Shown here piece after piece: positions 1 through 8,398 of a stretch of 61,508 bases of DNA. Source of the DNA: Candidatus Omnitrophota bacterium (GTDB lineage: Bacteria > Omnitrophota > Gorgyraeia > JACQQV01); the NCBI GenBank assembly GCA_016206785.1, contig JACQQV010000021.1, forward strand, positions 1 to 61,508. Reading direction: 5' to 3'. Positions within the stretch are counted from its first letter, which is position 1. Each line of letters opens with the position of its first letter. Made by a program: the position numbers and the translations under genes. The notes under the pieces are model-generated. The model ran no database searches. It saw nothing but the letters and a program-made list of their open reading frames with translations, and was not told the origin of the DNA.

Positions 1-1076
1 GCTTCATCGCCGGTATTTTTCCTCAATAGAGGATTTCCCAAAAGCTCAACGGTCCGATTCGCCCAGACCGACGGGTCCCATCCTGAAACGAGAAATCCTG
101 TTTTCCCGTCTTCGATCATCTTCCGGGTGGGAGGGATATTGCACGCAAGGCAGGATCGACCCGCCGCCATCGCCTCAAGAAGCGCCAAACTCAGCCCCTC
201 TGCCACAGAAGGAAAGAGAAATAGATCGGTGATCTCGAGAATTTCTTTCACGTCGGAACGGACACCCAGAAAAGAAACGTGTGACATGGATAGACCCAGT
301 GTTGAAGAGAGATGTTGCAGTTCCTTCTCCTGCGGTCCGCTTCCTAACAGTAAAAGTCTTGTCCTTGGGGAAGACTTGAGAATCTTTGGCATAGCCTGAA
401 GGAGGACCCTTTGTCCTTTTTGGGGCACGAATCTCCCAACACAGGTCAGCACCTTGTCGTCTTGCTCAATTCCAAGCTCTTTCCGTTTTTCTTCGAGAGA
501 ATCAGGATGAGAGCACCCCCACTTCTCCAGACAGAGGGTATTGGGAATAACGTGTACCTTCTTTTCGGAGAAGCCGAGATGGCGCATGCTTGATTCTTTT
601 GTATGCTGGGATACCGCGATAAATGCCTGCCGATTCAGTCGGAGACTGAACCCATCCACTATCTGGCGGAAACGGATTTTCCATGACAGACTGTTCCCCG
701 CATAAAATTTTTTTTCATAATCAGGAAATTGAAGGGTCGTTACGACAGGTATTCTCAAAAGAGAGGAACCGATCCTCCCAAGCACATTCGCCCCAAAAAG
801 CTGGGTATGGACAAGATCCACTTCCTGTTTCCGAAGAATCCCCATAAGCCGAAAAAGGGCCTTGGGGTCCCAAGGAGAATGCGCCTCCAGGTCATAGCAG
901 GGTAAACCCAATTGACGAATTTCCTGTTCCAGATCATTTTCGGCATGATAGAGAACAGCGACGATACTCTTTATCTTCCGCCGATTGAGATGCCGAAGCA
1001 CGTTTAAAAGCGCCTGTTCTGCGCCGCCACGGCCCAGACTTTCGATGAGATGAAGTACGGTGATCCTGCGATCCAT
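1..1076 (-). CDS. GT4-family (GT-B fold) glycosyltransferase; C-terminal end cut by the window edge
   Basis: Absent from the ORF track because it has no stop in the window. My translation of the minus strand from the ATG at 1076 gives MDRRITVLHLIESLGRGGAEQALLNVL...VGRFVPQKGQRVLL...LFLFPSVAEGLSLALLEAMAAGRSCLACNIPPTRKMIEDGKTGFLV. This has the G-rich N-terminal loop and the E-x7-E region typical of GT4. Confidence 0.8.
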   Translation of the reverse strand, partial: MDRRITVLHLIESLGRGGAEQALLNVLRHLNRRKIKSIVAVLYHAENDLEQEIRQLGLPCYDLEAHSPWDPKALFRLMGILRKQEVDLVHTQLFGANVLGRIGSSLLRIPVVTTLQFPDYEKKFYAGNSLSWKIRFRQIVDGFSLRLNRQAFIAVSQHTKESSMRHLGFSEKKVHVIPNTLCLEKWGCSHPDSLEEKRKELGIEQDDKVLTCVGRFVPQKGQRVLLQAMPKILKSSPRTRLLLLGSGPQEKELQHLSSTLGLSMSHVSFLGVRSDVKEILEITDLFLFPSVAEGLSLALLEAMAAGRSCLACNIPPTRKMIEDGKTGFLVSGWDPSVWANRTVELLGNPLLRKNTGDE

Positions 1077-1083
1077 TTGACTT

Positions 1084-1647
1084 TTACTCTTTAGGAAGAT
1101 ACGCTTTTTCAATGGCCTTCTGATATCCTTCTTTCCATTTTCCTTGGGATGTGAGAATCAACCGTATGGTTTCCGCAACGGCTCCTTCGCCCCCCTTCTT
1201 TCGCGTAACATACCGGGCTGCCCTTTTCACTTCCGGAACCGCATCGCTGACCGCCACGGGCAAACCGACCCTCTGGAGAATGGGAAGATCCAGAAAATCG
1301 TCTCCGATATAAGCGATCTCTTCTTCAAGGAGATGATATTTCTCTCTGACCATTTTCAGAACGTCGAGCTTGTTCAAATTGTTTAAATAAATACCGTCCA
1401 CTTTCATGCGCTCTGCACGGTGTCGCACCACCGTGGAATCCCGTCCAGAGACCAGCACTCGGAGAAGACCCGCCTCTTTCGCCGCCCAACTCGCCGCACC
1501 ATCATGGACACAGAATTCCTTGATCTCATGGAGACCGTTCCCGTCAAAAGACCCGGCCCAAATAATGTTGGGCTTCGCCAAGGCCCCATCGACATCAATC
1601 ATGAACAACTTAATTTTTTTTAATTGCGCCTTCAATCCCTGCTTCAT
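1084..1647 (-). CDS. kdsC: Kdo-8-phosphate phosphatase (HAD-IIIA, KdsC family)
   Basis: The ORF opens at TTG 1650, with ATG at 1647. Motifs IKLFMIDVDG, SGRDS, IAYIGDDFLDLPILQRVGLPVAVSDA and GGEGAVAE are present. It lies directly downstream of kdsB and overlaps it by about 40 nt. Confidence 0.8.
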   Translation of the reverse strand: MKQGLKAQLKKIKLFMIDVDGALAKPNIIWAGSFDGNGLHEIKEFCVHDGAASWAAKEAGLLRVLVSGRDSTVVRHRAERMKVDGIYLNNLNKLDVLKMVREKYHLLEEEIAYIGDDFLDLPILQRVGLPVAVSDAVPEVKRAARYVTRKKGGEGAVAETIRLILTSQGKWKEGYQKAIEKAYLPKE

Positions 1648-2380
1648 CAATGACTCCTTCCGACTCTACCACCTTCCGGACTTCGAAGAGATCCGATAGG
1701 GTATCGACACTGATTGTTTTATGACGCGTCTCAACGACCCTCACGTTGATCCCATTTTCAACCGCCCGTAAAAGCTCCACACCTTCAATAAGCTCGAGGG
1801 GGGTAGGGGGCATCGCTGCAAATTCAAGAAGAAATTTTTTCCGAAAGGCATAAAGTCCCACCTGTTTATAAGCGATGTAAAACTGACGGGTCTTAGGATA
1901 AGGGATGGGACTTCTCGAGAAGAAAAGGACATTCCCTTCACAATCCGCCGCCGTTTTAACCACCGTTGTGTCAATGAAGTCAGCGGGATTCTCGATGGGA
2001 GAGATGAGAGTGGTCACGAGGATTTTTGGGTTCTCCAAAAGAGGCCGCATCGCCTGTTCGAGCATTTCGGGATGAACCAACGGCTCGTCCCCCTGTACAT
2101 TAATCACAATATCCACATCTAAGTTCGAAACTGCTTCCGCAATCCGGTCGGTTCCCGTCTTATGCTCGGGGCTGGTCATCACAACCTTGCCGCCAAACTT
2201 TACCACCGCCTCACGGATCCTCTCATCATCCGTTGCAACAAAAACATCCTGTATCCCCGTGGCCCGTTTCGCGCTCCGGTACACATAGTAAATCATCGGT
2301 CTGCCATGAATGTCTGCCAGAGGCTTCCCTTCAAAACGGGTGGACTGATACCGTGCCGGAATGACAGCAACAATTTTCAC
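1610..2380 (-). CDS. kdsB: 3-deoxy-manno-octulosonate cytidylyltransferase (CMP-Kdo synthetase)
   Basis: MKIVAVIPARYQSTRFEGKPLADIHGRPMI... with typical KdsB length and motifs. The GTG start sits in a GTGA overlap with the waaA stop. Confidence 0.9.
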   Translation of the reverse strand: MKIVAVIPARYQSTRFEGKPLADIHGRPMIYYVYRSAKRATGIQDVFVATDDERIREAVVKFGGKVVMTSPEHKTGTDRIAEAVSNLDVDIVINVQGDEPLVHPEMLEQAMRPLLENPKILVTTLISPIENPADFIDTTVVKTAADCEGNVLFFSRSPIPYPKTRQFYIAYKQVGLYAFRKKFLLEFAAMPPTPLELIEGVELLRAVENGINVRVVETRHKTISVDTLSDLFEVRKVVESEGVIDEAGIEGAIKKN

Positions 2381-3684
2381 TGGAGTATCCTTTCAATAAA
2401 TTCCTGATGTCTCTGAAGTGCCTGCCGTTGAACACCGACCCATTCGCGCGACCTTCTTCTCAGCCCTTCCATGAGTTCGGGATGCCCGAGGAGATACGAA
2501 ACGTTTCCTGCAAGCGCCTCCGGGGTTTCCACCTTGAATCCCTCCCAAAAGGAGAGGAGCTGATCCATAAGGACGCGCCGGAAAAGGATATTCTTTCCGA
2601 AAAAAATAGGTTTCTCGTGAATGAGCGGCTCCGCCACGTTGTGGCAAAGACCCTTCCAGGAAGGGTCGTCTGTCTCAAGACTCCCCCCGATAAAGACAAC
2701 GGTCGCGATGCCATAAAGATATTTCAACTCACCATACGTATCGAGAAGTATTACGTCTGGCTTCTCTCCCCCCTGAGGCATGTTGCTTTTCCGCGCGCAA
2801 GAGAGTGAGAAAGAATGAAGGACGGTTTCCATCCGGGCTATGTGCTCGACCCATCGCGGCGCCACAAGAAGGCGCAACCCCGGAAGATCCCTTTTCATCA
2901 AGGCATGGGCGGAAGCAATAAATCGAATCTCCTGCGGATGGAGATTCCCCGCTATCCAGAGGGTTTCGCCCGGATCAAGGTTTAACTCCCTTCGAAAACG
3001 TTCTTTCTGTTCCTTCGAAAGGAGAATGTCTTGCGCGGTAAATTTGAGATCCCCTAGCACAGCAACCCGCTCGGGCTCCACACCCAAACGCCTGTATCCT
3101 TCCGCATCCTCCTCTCCCTTGACGCCGACCCATTCCAGCGCCTCATAAAACCGGAGTGCCATCGGTCTTCTCATGAAGCCGTTCTGCTCCCACCCGGACG
3201 GGAAAAATCCGCTTAAAAGGGCTGTCGGAACCCCGTTTTGAGAGGCCATCCTTAACCGAAAGGGGGTTTTGACATGTTCCACGAAAAAGAGAACCGACGG
3301 CTTGAGAAAACGGAAATAGCGACCGGTCGGCAAAGAGAGGTCCCACGGCGAATGAAACACCCCGTCGTAGATCTCCTCCTCCTGCGCCTTCCGGAAGGCG
3401 GTGACGTCGCTTGCCGAAAGAACAAGGGGGCGGTCAGGATACCTTTCTTTCAGCCAACGGCAGAGGGGGCGTATTTGGTAAAGTTCCCCCAAGGATTGCG
3501 CCTCGACCCACACCGCCCCTCCTCCGTTCACCCGTTTCAGGGCCTCCTCGGACAAAACACCCCATCGGTTCCAGAAAAAATCCTTCCAAAAGGGATCCCT
3601 TCCAAAGACAACCCGCTTCATAAAAGTAACGGGCAGGTATCCGTAGGCCTTCAGCGCGTATTCGGAAGGAGCCGTCATTTTCAT
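2377..3684 (-). CDS. waaA: Kdo transferase (WaaA/KdtA family)
   Basis: 435 aa. The N-terminal Glycos_transf_N-like region VWVEAQSLGELYQIRPLCRWLKERYPDRPLVLSASDVTAF matches the WaaA pattern (WxHAxSVGE...). It lies in the kdsB/kdsC context. Confidence 0.8.
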   Translation of the reverse strand: MKMTAPSEYALKAYGYLPVTFMKRVVFGRDPFWKDFFWNRWGVLSEEALKRVNGGGAVWVEAQSLGELYQIRPLCRWLKERYPDRPLVLSASDVTAFRKAQEEEIYDGVFHSPWDLSLPTGRYFRFLKPSVLFFVEHVKTPFRLRMASQNGVPTALLSGFFPSGWEQNGFMRRPMALRFYEALEWVGVKGEEDAEGYRRLGVEPERVAVLGDLKFTAQDILLSKEQKERFRRELNLDPGETLWIAGNLHPQEIRFIASAHALMKRDLPGLRLLVAPRWVEHIARMETVLHSFSLSCARKSNMPQGGEKPDVILLDTYGELKYLYGIATVVFIGGSLETDDPSWKGLCHNVAEPLIHEKPIFFGKNILFRRVLMDQLLSFWEGFKVETPEALAGNVSYLLGHPELMEGLRRRSREWVGVQRQALQRHQEFIERILQ

Positions 3685-3702
3685 CCCGTTATCCTGACCT
3701 CC

Positions 3703-5637
3703 TCACATCTTGAAAATCTTCAAAAGCGGAGTTCCTTCCCGCACCACCGCATAAAAGGGAGGCGCTTTTTCGAAATACTCGAAGAGCTCCGGAGAGTAGC
3801 GGGGGCTTTTGTAGTTTTCCCGCCGTGTGACATAGACGACATAAACGGGGCTCTTCTTCGCCATTCGGAAGAGAGACTGGATCGACCCGATTTCCTGTTT
3901 GTACCGAACATTCCCGATCAGCTGAAGATCCTGCCGGAGGGGATACAGTTTGAACAGATGGTCGTAAAGGGGTGCGACCACCACGGCATCGGAGGCGGCA
4001 TGGAGATTTAGCCACTCAATCCCCTCTTTGTAGGAAAGACCCCAATAATCGGATGCGTAATGAAGATCATTCCGGGCCTGGGCCCCCTTCAACCCCCCTG
4101 TCAAAGAGTTGAAATAGAGATATTCGTAAGGATGGAGCCGGATCATGGAAATGAGAATGGGCAAATAAAGGATCCCCGAGAAGAGGGTCCAGAGACCTGT
4201 CCTCACGGTTTTGATATTCACACGGGCCTTCTTCAGAAGCCATTCCATCCCCTGCGCCGCACCGACACCGGCGAGGATAGCCATTGGAGGAACAAACTCC
4301 AAAAAATGCCTTAAGCCCTCGTTGAACATCACCGGGAGACTGGCCCTCGCGACCGGAATTGCAAACCAAAGGGATATGAGAAGTCCGAATTTTCTTTTGT
4401 TCGCCTCACGCGACCGGCCCGCAACAAAGAGACCGAGGAACGCAAAAAAGAGGGCTGGAAGGGGCGAAGCCAGTAAAAGATAACGGAGCCCGTCCCAGGG
4501 CGGAAACGAACCGATGACGCTTTGTCCTGTAGGCAAATCGACCGTACCCCGCGCGGAATAAAAATAAATATAGAGGTAGACCAAAAAACGGTGAAACGAG
4601 TCGAACCAGAGAAGCGGATAGAGGGCAAACAAGGTGAAGGCCCCGATGAGTGGAAAAAGAAAGAGCGCCACATAAAAGGCCTTGCGTTTTGACATCTCCC
4701 CCCGTACGGAGGTGAAACGCGACTTCCTTCCGAGAAGAAAAAGTCCCGTCAGAAAAACAGAACCGAAGAGGGTGAGCAGTAAGAAGAACTCCTTCCCCAT
4801 GAGGTGGTCCACAAAGGGGTAAAGGCGCTTCTCCATCATTTCTCCAAAGGTGACCACACCCCGATTGAGACGTACTGGCCAGTCTTTCCCGAACCAGAAG
4901 AGTGCCTTTACCCCCAGGAGCCCGAACATGCAGAGGCCGCCGACGATGAGAGAGCTTACCGCCGTGCCCCGAATACCGAAGCCGAGGAAAAGCCATGCTA
5001 GGAGGACGGCGGGGATGAAAAAGGCGTTGATCTTGGTAGCCAGCGCGAATCCAAAAAAGAGGGAGGAAAAAATAATCCAATCTGCCCGCCGCGTTTCGAC
5101 CCCCTTCCAAAACGCCATGAGGCTCAGCGAAAAGAAGACAACGTTGGGAATATCCTTCGTATTCATGAAAATTTCTCCGAAAAATCTCGGGAAGAAAATG
5201 AGAAAGAGAACGGAAAGTGCCGCCGCTTTCCGTCCCCACAGAGATTTTGTCACATAGAACATCCCAGCGATGAGTGCCAGTACCAGAACCTTGCTGACAA
5301 GACGGTGGGCCTCCAGCGGCGTAAACCACCCCAATCCCCGGTAGAAGAGATTGCAGGAAGCGGCGGAGAGCATATACGCCAAGGGGGCAGGCTGATGCAT
5401 AAAATGCCGCGTGCGGAAGTGAGGGTGGTCTTGGACTTCAAAAGGATAACTCCCTTCGTAGTATTCCAGAAGTTTTGGATTGCCGCTCAGAATAAAATGA
5501 AAATCCCTTTCGCCTACAAAGTAATAATCCGGCTCATCCCGGCTGATCCCGTAGTCTCCAGAAATCCTGACCATGATGCCAATGAGTACGAGGACAATGA
5601 AAGAGAGAAACAGAAAGTCATTCTTAAAATTCATCAT
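3703..5637 (-). CDS. GT-C superfamily membrane glycosyltransferase (ArnT/PMT-like, GT39/GT83-like)
   Basis: 644 aa and polytopic. A DE-containing first loop (ISRDEPDYYF) follows TM1, and there is a large C-terminal soluble domain. Its ATGA start overlaps the stop of the upstream polyprenyl-P GT2 fusion. Confidence 0.65.
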   Translation of the reverse strand: MMNFKNDFLFLSFIVLVLIGIMVRISGDYGISRDEPDYYFVGERDFHFILSGNPKLLEYYEGSYPFEVQDHPHFRTRHFMHQPAPLAYMLSAASCNLFYRGLGWFTPLEAHRLVSKVLVLALIAGMFYVTKSLWGRKAAALSVLFLIFFPRFFGEIFMNTKDIPNVVFFSLSLMAFWKGVETRRADWIIFSSLFFGFALATKINAFFIPAVLLAWLFLGFGIRGTAVSSLIVGGLCMFGLLGVKALFWFGKDWPVRLNRGVVTFGEMMEKRLYPFVDHLMGKEFFLLLTLFGSVFLTGLFLLGRKSRFTSVRGEMSKRKAFYVALFLFPLIGAFTLFALYPLLWFDSFHRFLVYLYIYFYSARGTVDLPTGQSVIGSFPPWDGLRYLLLASPLPALFFAFLGLFVAGRSREANKRKFGLLISLWFAIPVARASLPVMFNEGLRHFLEFVPPMAILAGVGAAQGMEWLLKKARVNIKTVRTGLWTLFSGILYLPILISMIRLHPYEYLYFNSLTGGLKGAQARNDLHYASDYWGLSYKEGIEWLNLHAASDAVVVAPLYDHLFKLYPLRQDLQLIGNVRYKQEIGSIQSLFRMAKKSPVYVVYVTRRENYKSPRYSPELFEYFEKAPPFYAVVREGTPLLKIFKM

Positions 5638-7121
5638 GGAATAGAAATCATCTCCCCGACTTTTAAATCCTGTTTACGTTTGCGCGCAGAACTGACAAGG
5701 TAAGCCCCGTATTTCTTTGAGAGCGGAATTGCTCCAAAGGCAATTTCAAAAGAATTATAGAGGGGTAAGAACCGGCGGGCCCAAGTCCCCTCAAGCCATT
5801 GATAGGTCATGCCTGATATTCCTACGACCTTGGGTGACTCAAAAAAACGGTTGAGGTGAGTCAAAATCTCCTCAGCGGTTAAAAGCCTTTCATTGGGACT
5901 ATGCCCTGCCGAAGAATAAAAAGGAGAACGGCGGTCGCGGTAAAACCGCATGGCCGGATGGCGCTGGTTCGGATCCAACGCATAAAAAACGCCCCCCGGT
6001 TTCAGGACGCGAAACACTTCGCTCACCATCTGATCCATCTGAGGCATATGATGGAGCAGGTTAATGGCAACGACAATGTCAAATTGGTTGTCTTTAAAAG
6101 GTAAACATTCGACGTCCCCTGTTGTAAAAGTCCCTTGCGTACGTTCCCTTCCGATCCGAAGGAGCTTCTCGGTGAGATCTACCCCGATCACTCTGAGCCC
6201 GAATTCACAGAGATATTTCGTGAACGCCCCGGACCCACACCCCACCTCCAGGACACTTTGGGCCTTCTCGGGATGCGCTTCAGCAATAAAAGATCGAAGA
6301 AGGCGCTGATAAGTCCTTTCCTCAAAAATTTCGAAACCTCCATCCCAATTTGAAAAAAACTCTTTTTCTTTCGCCTTGTCCTGCGGAATGGGTCTGGTAT
6401 AGAGATCTCCCTTGAGCAACGTTTTCTCAAGCCATGCCTTTAAGACGGTGTAGAGATACCGGCGTCCCATGACGCGAAGGGTCAACTTGGAGACGCCACT
6501 TCGACGCCCGTACCATTGGATCGGGATGACCGCCCGGGAGAAACCCCGGTTGATCGCTTTGAGCGGTATTTCCACCGTGATATTAAAATGTTCCGCTTCC
6601 AAAGGTTGAACAGCGTCAATCACCTCTTTTCGGTACGCCTTGAAGGCGTTTGTGATGTCGTTTTCCGGGACGAAAAAAAGACACTGAATAAAGAAATTGG
6701 CCAAGCGGTTAACGAGGAGTTTTAGAAACGGATAATCCTTGACGAACCCTCCCCGCACGAAACGTGAACCAAAAACGCAATCAATTCCTTCCTCAATTTT
6801 TCTTAAATAACGCACCACATCGTCCGGACTGTCCGAGTCATCCCCCATAAAAATGACGATCACATCCCCTGTCACGTGCAGAAGCCCCTCACGGATCGCC
6901 CTTCCTAACCCGGCAGGAGGTTTCCGCGTCACGATCCGGATTTGAGGAATTTTCCGTGATAATTCAGAAAGGATGAGCGGAGTCCGGTCTTGACTGTTAT
7001 CATTGACCGCGACCATCTCATGATCGATCCCTTCGGAAGAGAGGGTCTGGGAGAGTGCCGTCACAACTCTTTCGATCTGTTCTTCTTCATTATGAATAGG
7101 GATCACGACAGAGAGCCTCAT
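5634..7121 (-). CDS. Fusion: polyprenyl-phosphate glycosyltransferase (GT2, DPM1/ArnC-like) plus C-terminal class I SAM methyltransferase
   Basis: GT2 part: LSVVIPIHNEEEQIERVV...VAVNDNSQDRT...FMGDDSDSPDD. MT part: VLEVGCGSGAFTKYL...FDIVVAINLLHHM...LKPGGVFY. I place the start at ATG 7121 (MRLSVVIP), which forms an ATGA overlap with the upstream stop; the ORF track start 7184 would overlap by 67 nt. Confidence 0.8.
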   Translation of the reverse strand: MRLSVVIPIHNEEEQIERVVTALSQTLSSEGIDHEMVAVNDNSQDRTPLILSELSRKIPQIRIVTRKPPAGLGRAIREGLLHVTGDVIVIFMGDDSDSPDDVVRYLRKIEEGIDCVFGSRFVRGGFVKDYPFLKLLVNRLANFFIQCLFFVPENDITNAFKAYRKEVIDAVQPLEAEHFNITVEIPLKAINRGFSRAVIPIQWYGRRSGVSKLTLRVMGRRYLYTVLKAWLEKTLLKGDLYTRPIPQDKAKEKEFFSNWDGGFEIFEERTYQRLLRSFIAEAHPEKAQSVLEVGCGSGAFTKYLCEFGLRVIGVDLTEKLLRIGRERTQGTFTTGDVECLPFKDNQFDIVVAINLLHHMPQMDQMVSEVFRVLKPGGVFYALDPNQRHPAMRFYRDRRSPFYSSAGHSPNERLLTAEEILTHLNRFFESPKVVGISGMTYQWLEGTWARRFLPLYNSFEIAFGAIPLSKKYGAYLVSSARKRKQDLKVGEMISIP

Positions 7122-8398
7122 GAGGAGAGCCTCCGGATGAGCCCCGCCAGTCGCTCTGACGATTTCCCATCCAAACGATAACAAAGTTTCTCCGCCATCT
7201 TTCTCCGTGCTTCCCGGTCCCGGGAGGGGTCTTCTAAATAGGTGTTCAATGCCTCGAGGAGTTCTTCCTCGCTCCGCACGTTCCAGGCCCCTCCGCTTTC
7301 CAACACATGGTGATAATGTTGCTCATAGTGGTCGCGGAAAATCTTTTTCTGGAAATGTCTTTCCTGAACAGTTGAAAAGCCGACGTTGATGACCGGTGTA
7401 TCCACAATGGCCGATTCAATGGTAATGGTGGAGGCGATATTGACGATCACATCGCTCTGTTTTAACGTATTCGCCAGGTGAATCATCTCTCCCCGATCGG
7501 GATCCCATTTGATAAGGCCAGAATAACGCCCAGGGTAATCAAAATGGATGAGCGGATTCCCTTCGAACTCCTTGTAGAGATCTTTCTGGTCTAATGGGTG
7601 GACCCGGCAGAGAAGCTGAACAGGATGGCGGAAAAGCCCCTTTCGCGCGAAGCGTAAAAGCATCTGAACAAGGTAGCGGTGGTCAAAGACAGCGGGAGGG
7701 GCTGTGGTGAGGGTCACAATTTTTTTCTTCGGATCTAAACCGAGTTTTTTGCAAAAAGTCTCTCTCGGAAGATAGACAGAGGGGTCCTGATAGATGTCAA
7801 AAGCGGTAGGTCCCACAATGAAAATCTTTTCAGGATCGTAGTGGTGAATCGTGATGGCCTCCTCTTTCATCAGTTCATTCCACACCGCCAAATAGTCAGG
7901 CCGGGTGGGAAAAATACCGTTTGTCGTTAGATTGTCCCAGCTAAAAACGGCACAGAGGGTCTTCACCCCGTGGTCCTGCGCCTCCCGGATAAGCGGAATA
8001 TCCTTCTGAGAATGAAAGCCGGGAGAGGCGGTGATTAAAAGTACCGGTTTCCATGTCTTAAAGAGAGATGTGTAACGTCTTGGGCTCAGGTATCGATAAC
8101 AAAGATGATTCAAACGCATCAAAGGGAGGAAAACGGAACGATTTTTCATTGAAGCAATGCATCCTTTCCAAAGCACCCGTTCCCATCCATTATGAGTTGG
8201 CCTTACGTCGTACAAAGGAGATGTGAAAATTCGCCCATGATTGGAAAATTCCCCAATGAAATCAGGGTCTTGATACGCAGGTGTTGTAAGAATGAGCTGA
8301 AGATCCGGATCGGGAGCGAGAAGGAGCCCCGGCATTCCTGTACGGAGAAGATTGCGGGCATAATACCCTACAGGGATGGAGATTAAAATTGTCTTCAT
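7118..8398 (-). CDS. Uncharacterised GT-B-fold-like protein (glycosyl- or glycerophosphotransferase-like), family unresolved
   Basis: About 426 aa. The C-terminal pattern VHPLDQKD...LKQSDVIVNIASTITIESAIVDTPVINVGF resembles the nucleotide-sugar-binding half of GT-B enzymes. ATG at 8398 (TGATG overlap). Confidence 0.45.
   Translation of the reverse strand: MKTILISIPVGYYARNLLRTGMPGLLLAPDPDLQLILTTPAYQDPDFIGEFSNHGRIFTSPLYDVRPTHNGWERVLWKGCIASMKNRSVFLPLMRLNHLCYRYLSPRRYTSLFKTWKPVLLITASPGFHSQKDIPLIREAQDHGVKTLCAVFSWDNLTTNGIFPTRPDYLAVWNELMKEEAITIHHYDPEKIFIVGPTAFDIYQDPSVYLPRETFCKKLGLDPKKKIVTLTTAPPAVFDHRYLVQMLLRFARKGLFRHPVQLLCRVHPLDQKDLYKEFEGNPLIHFDYPGRYSGLIKWDPDRGEMIHLANTLKQSDVIVNIASTITIESAIVDTPVINVGFSTVQERHFQKKIFRDHYEQHYHHVLESGGAWNVRSEEELLEALNTYLEDPSRDREARRKMAEKLCYRLDGKSSERLAGLIRRLSS

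Noticed and set aside
3274-4011. 245-aa plus-strand ORF across the waaA / GT-C junction
   Set aside because: It is antisense to two well-supported genes. It has an R/P/G-rich composition and no motifs.
4406-5329. 307-aa minus-strand ORF in an alternative frame of the GT-C gene
   Set aside because: It sits in a shifted frame of a 644-aa polytopic membrane protein that reads through cleanly. The alternative frame is R/G/P-rich and not membrane-like.
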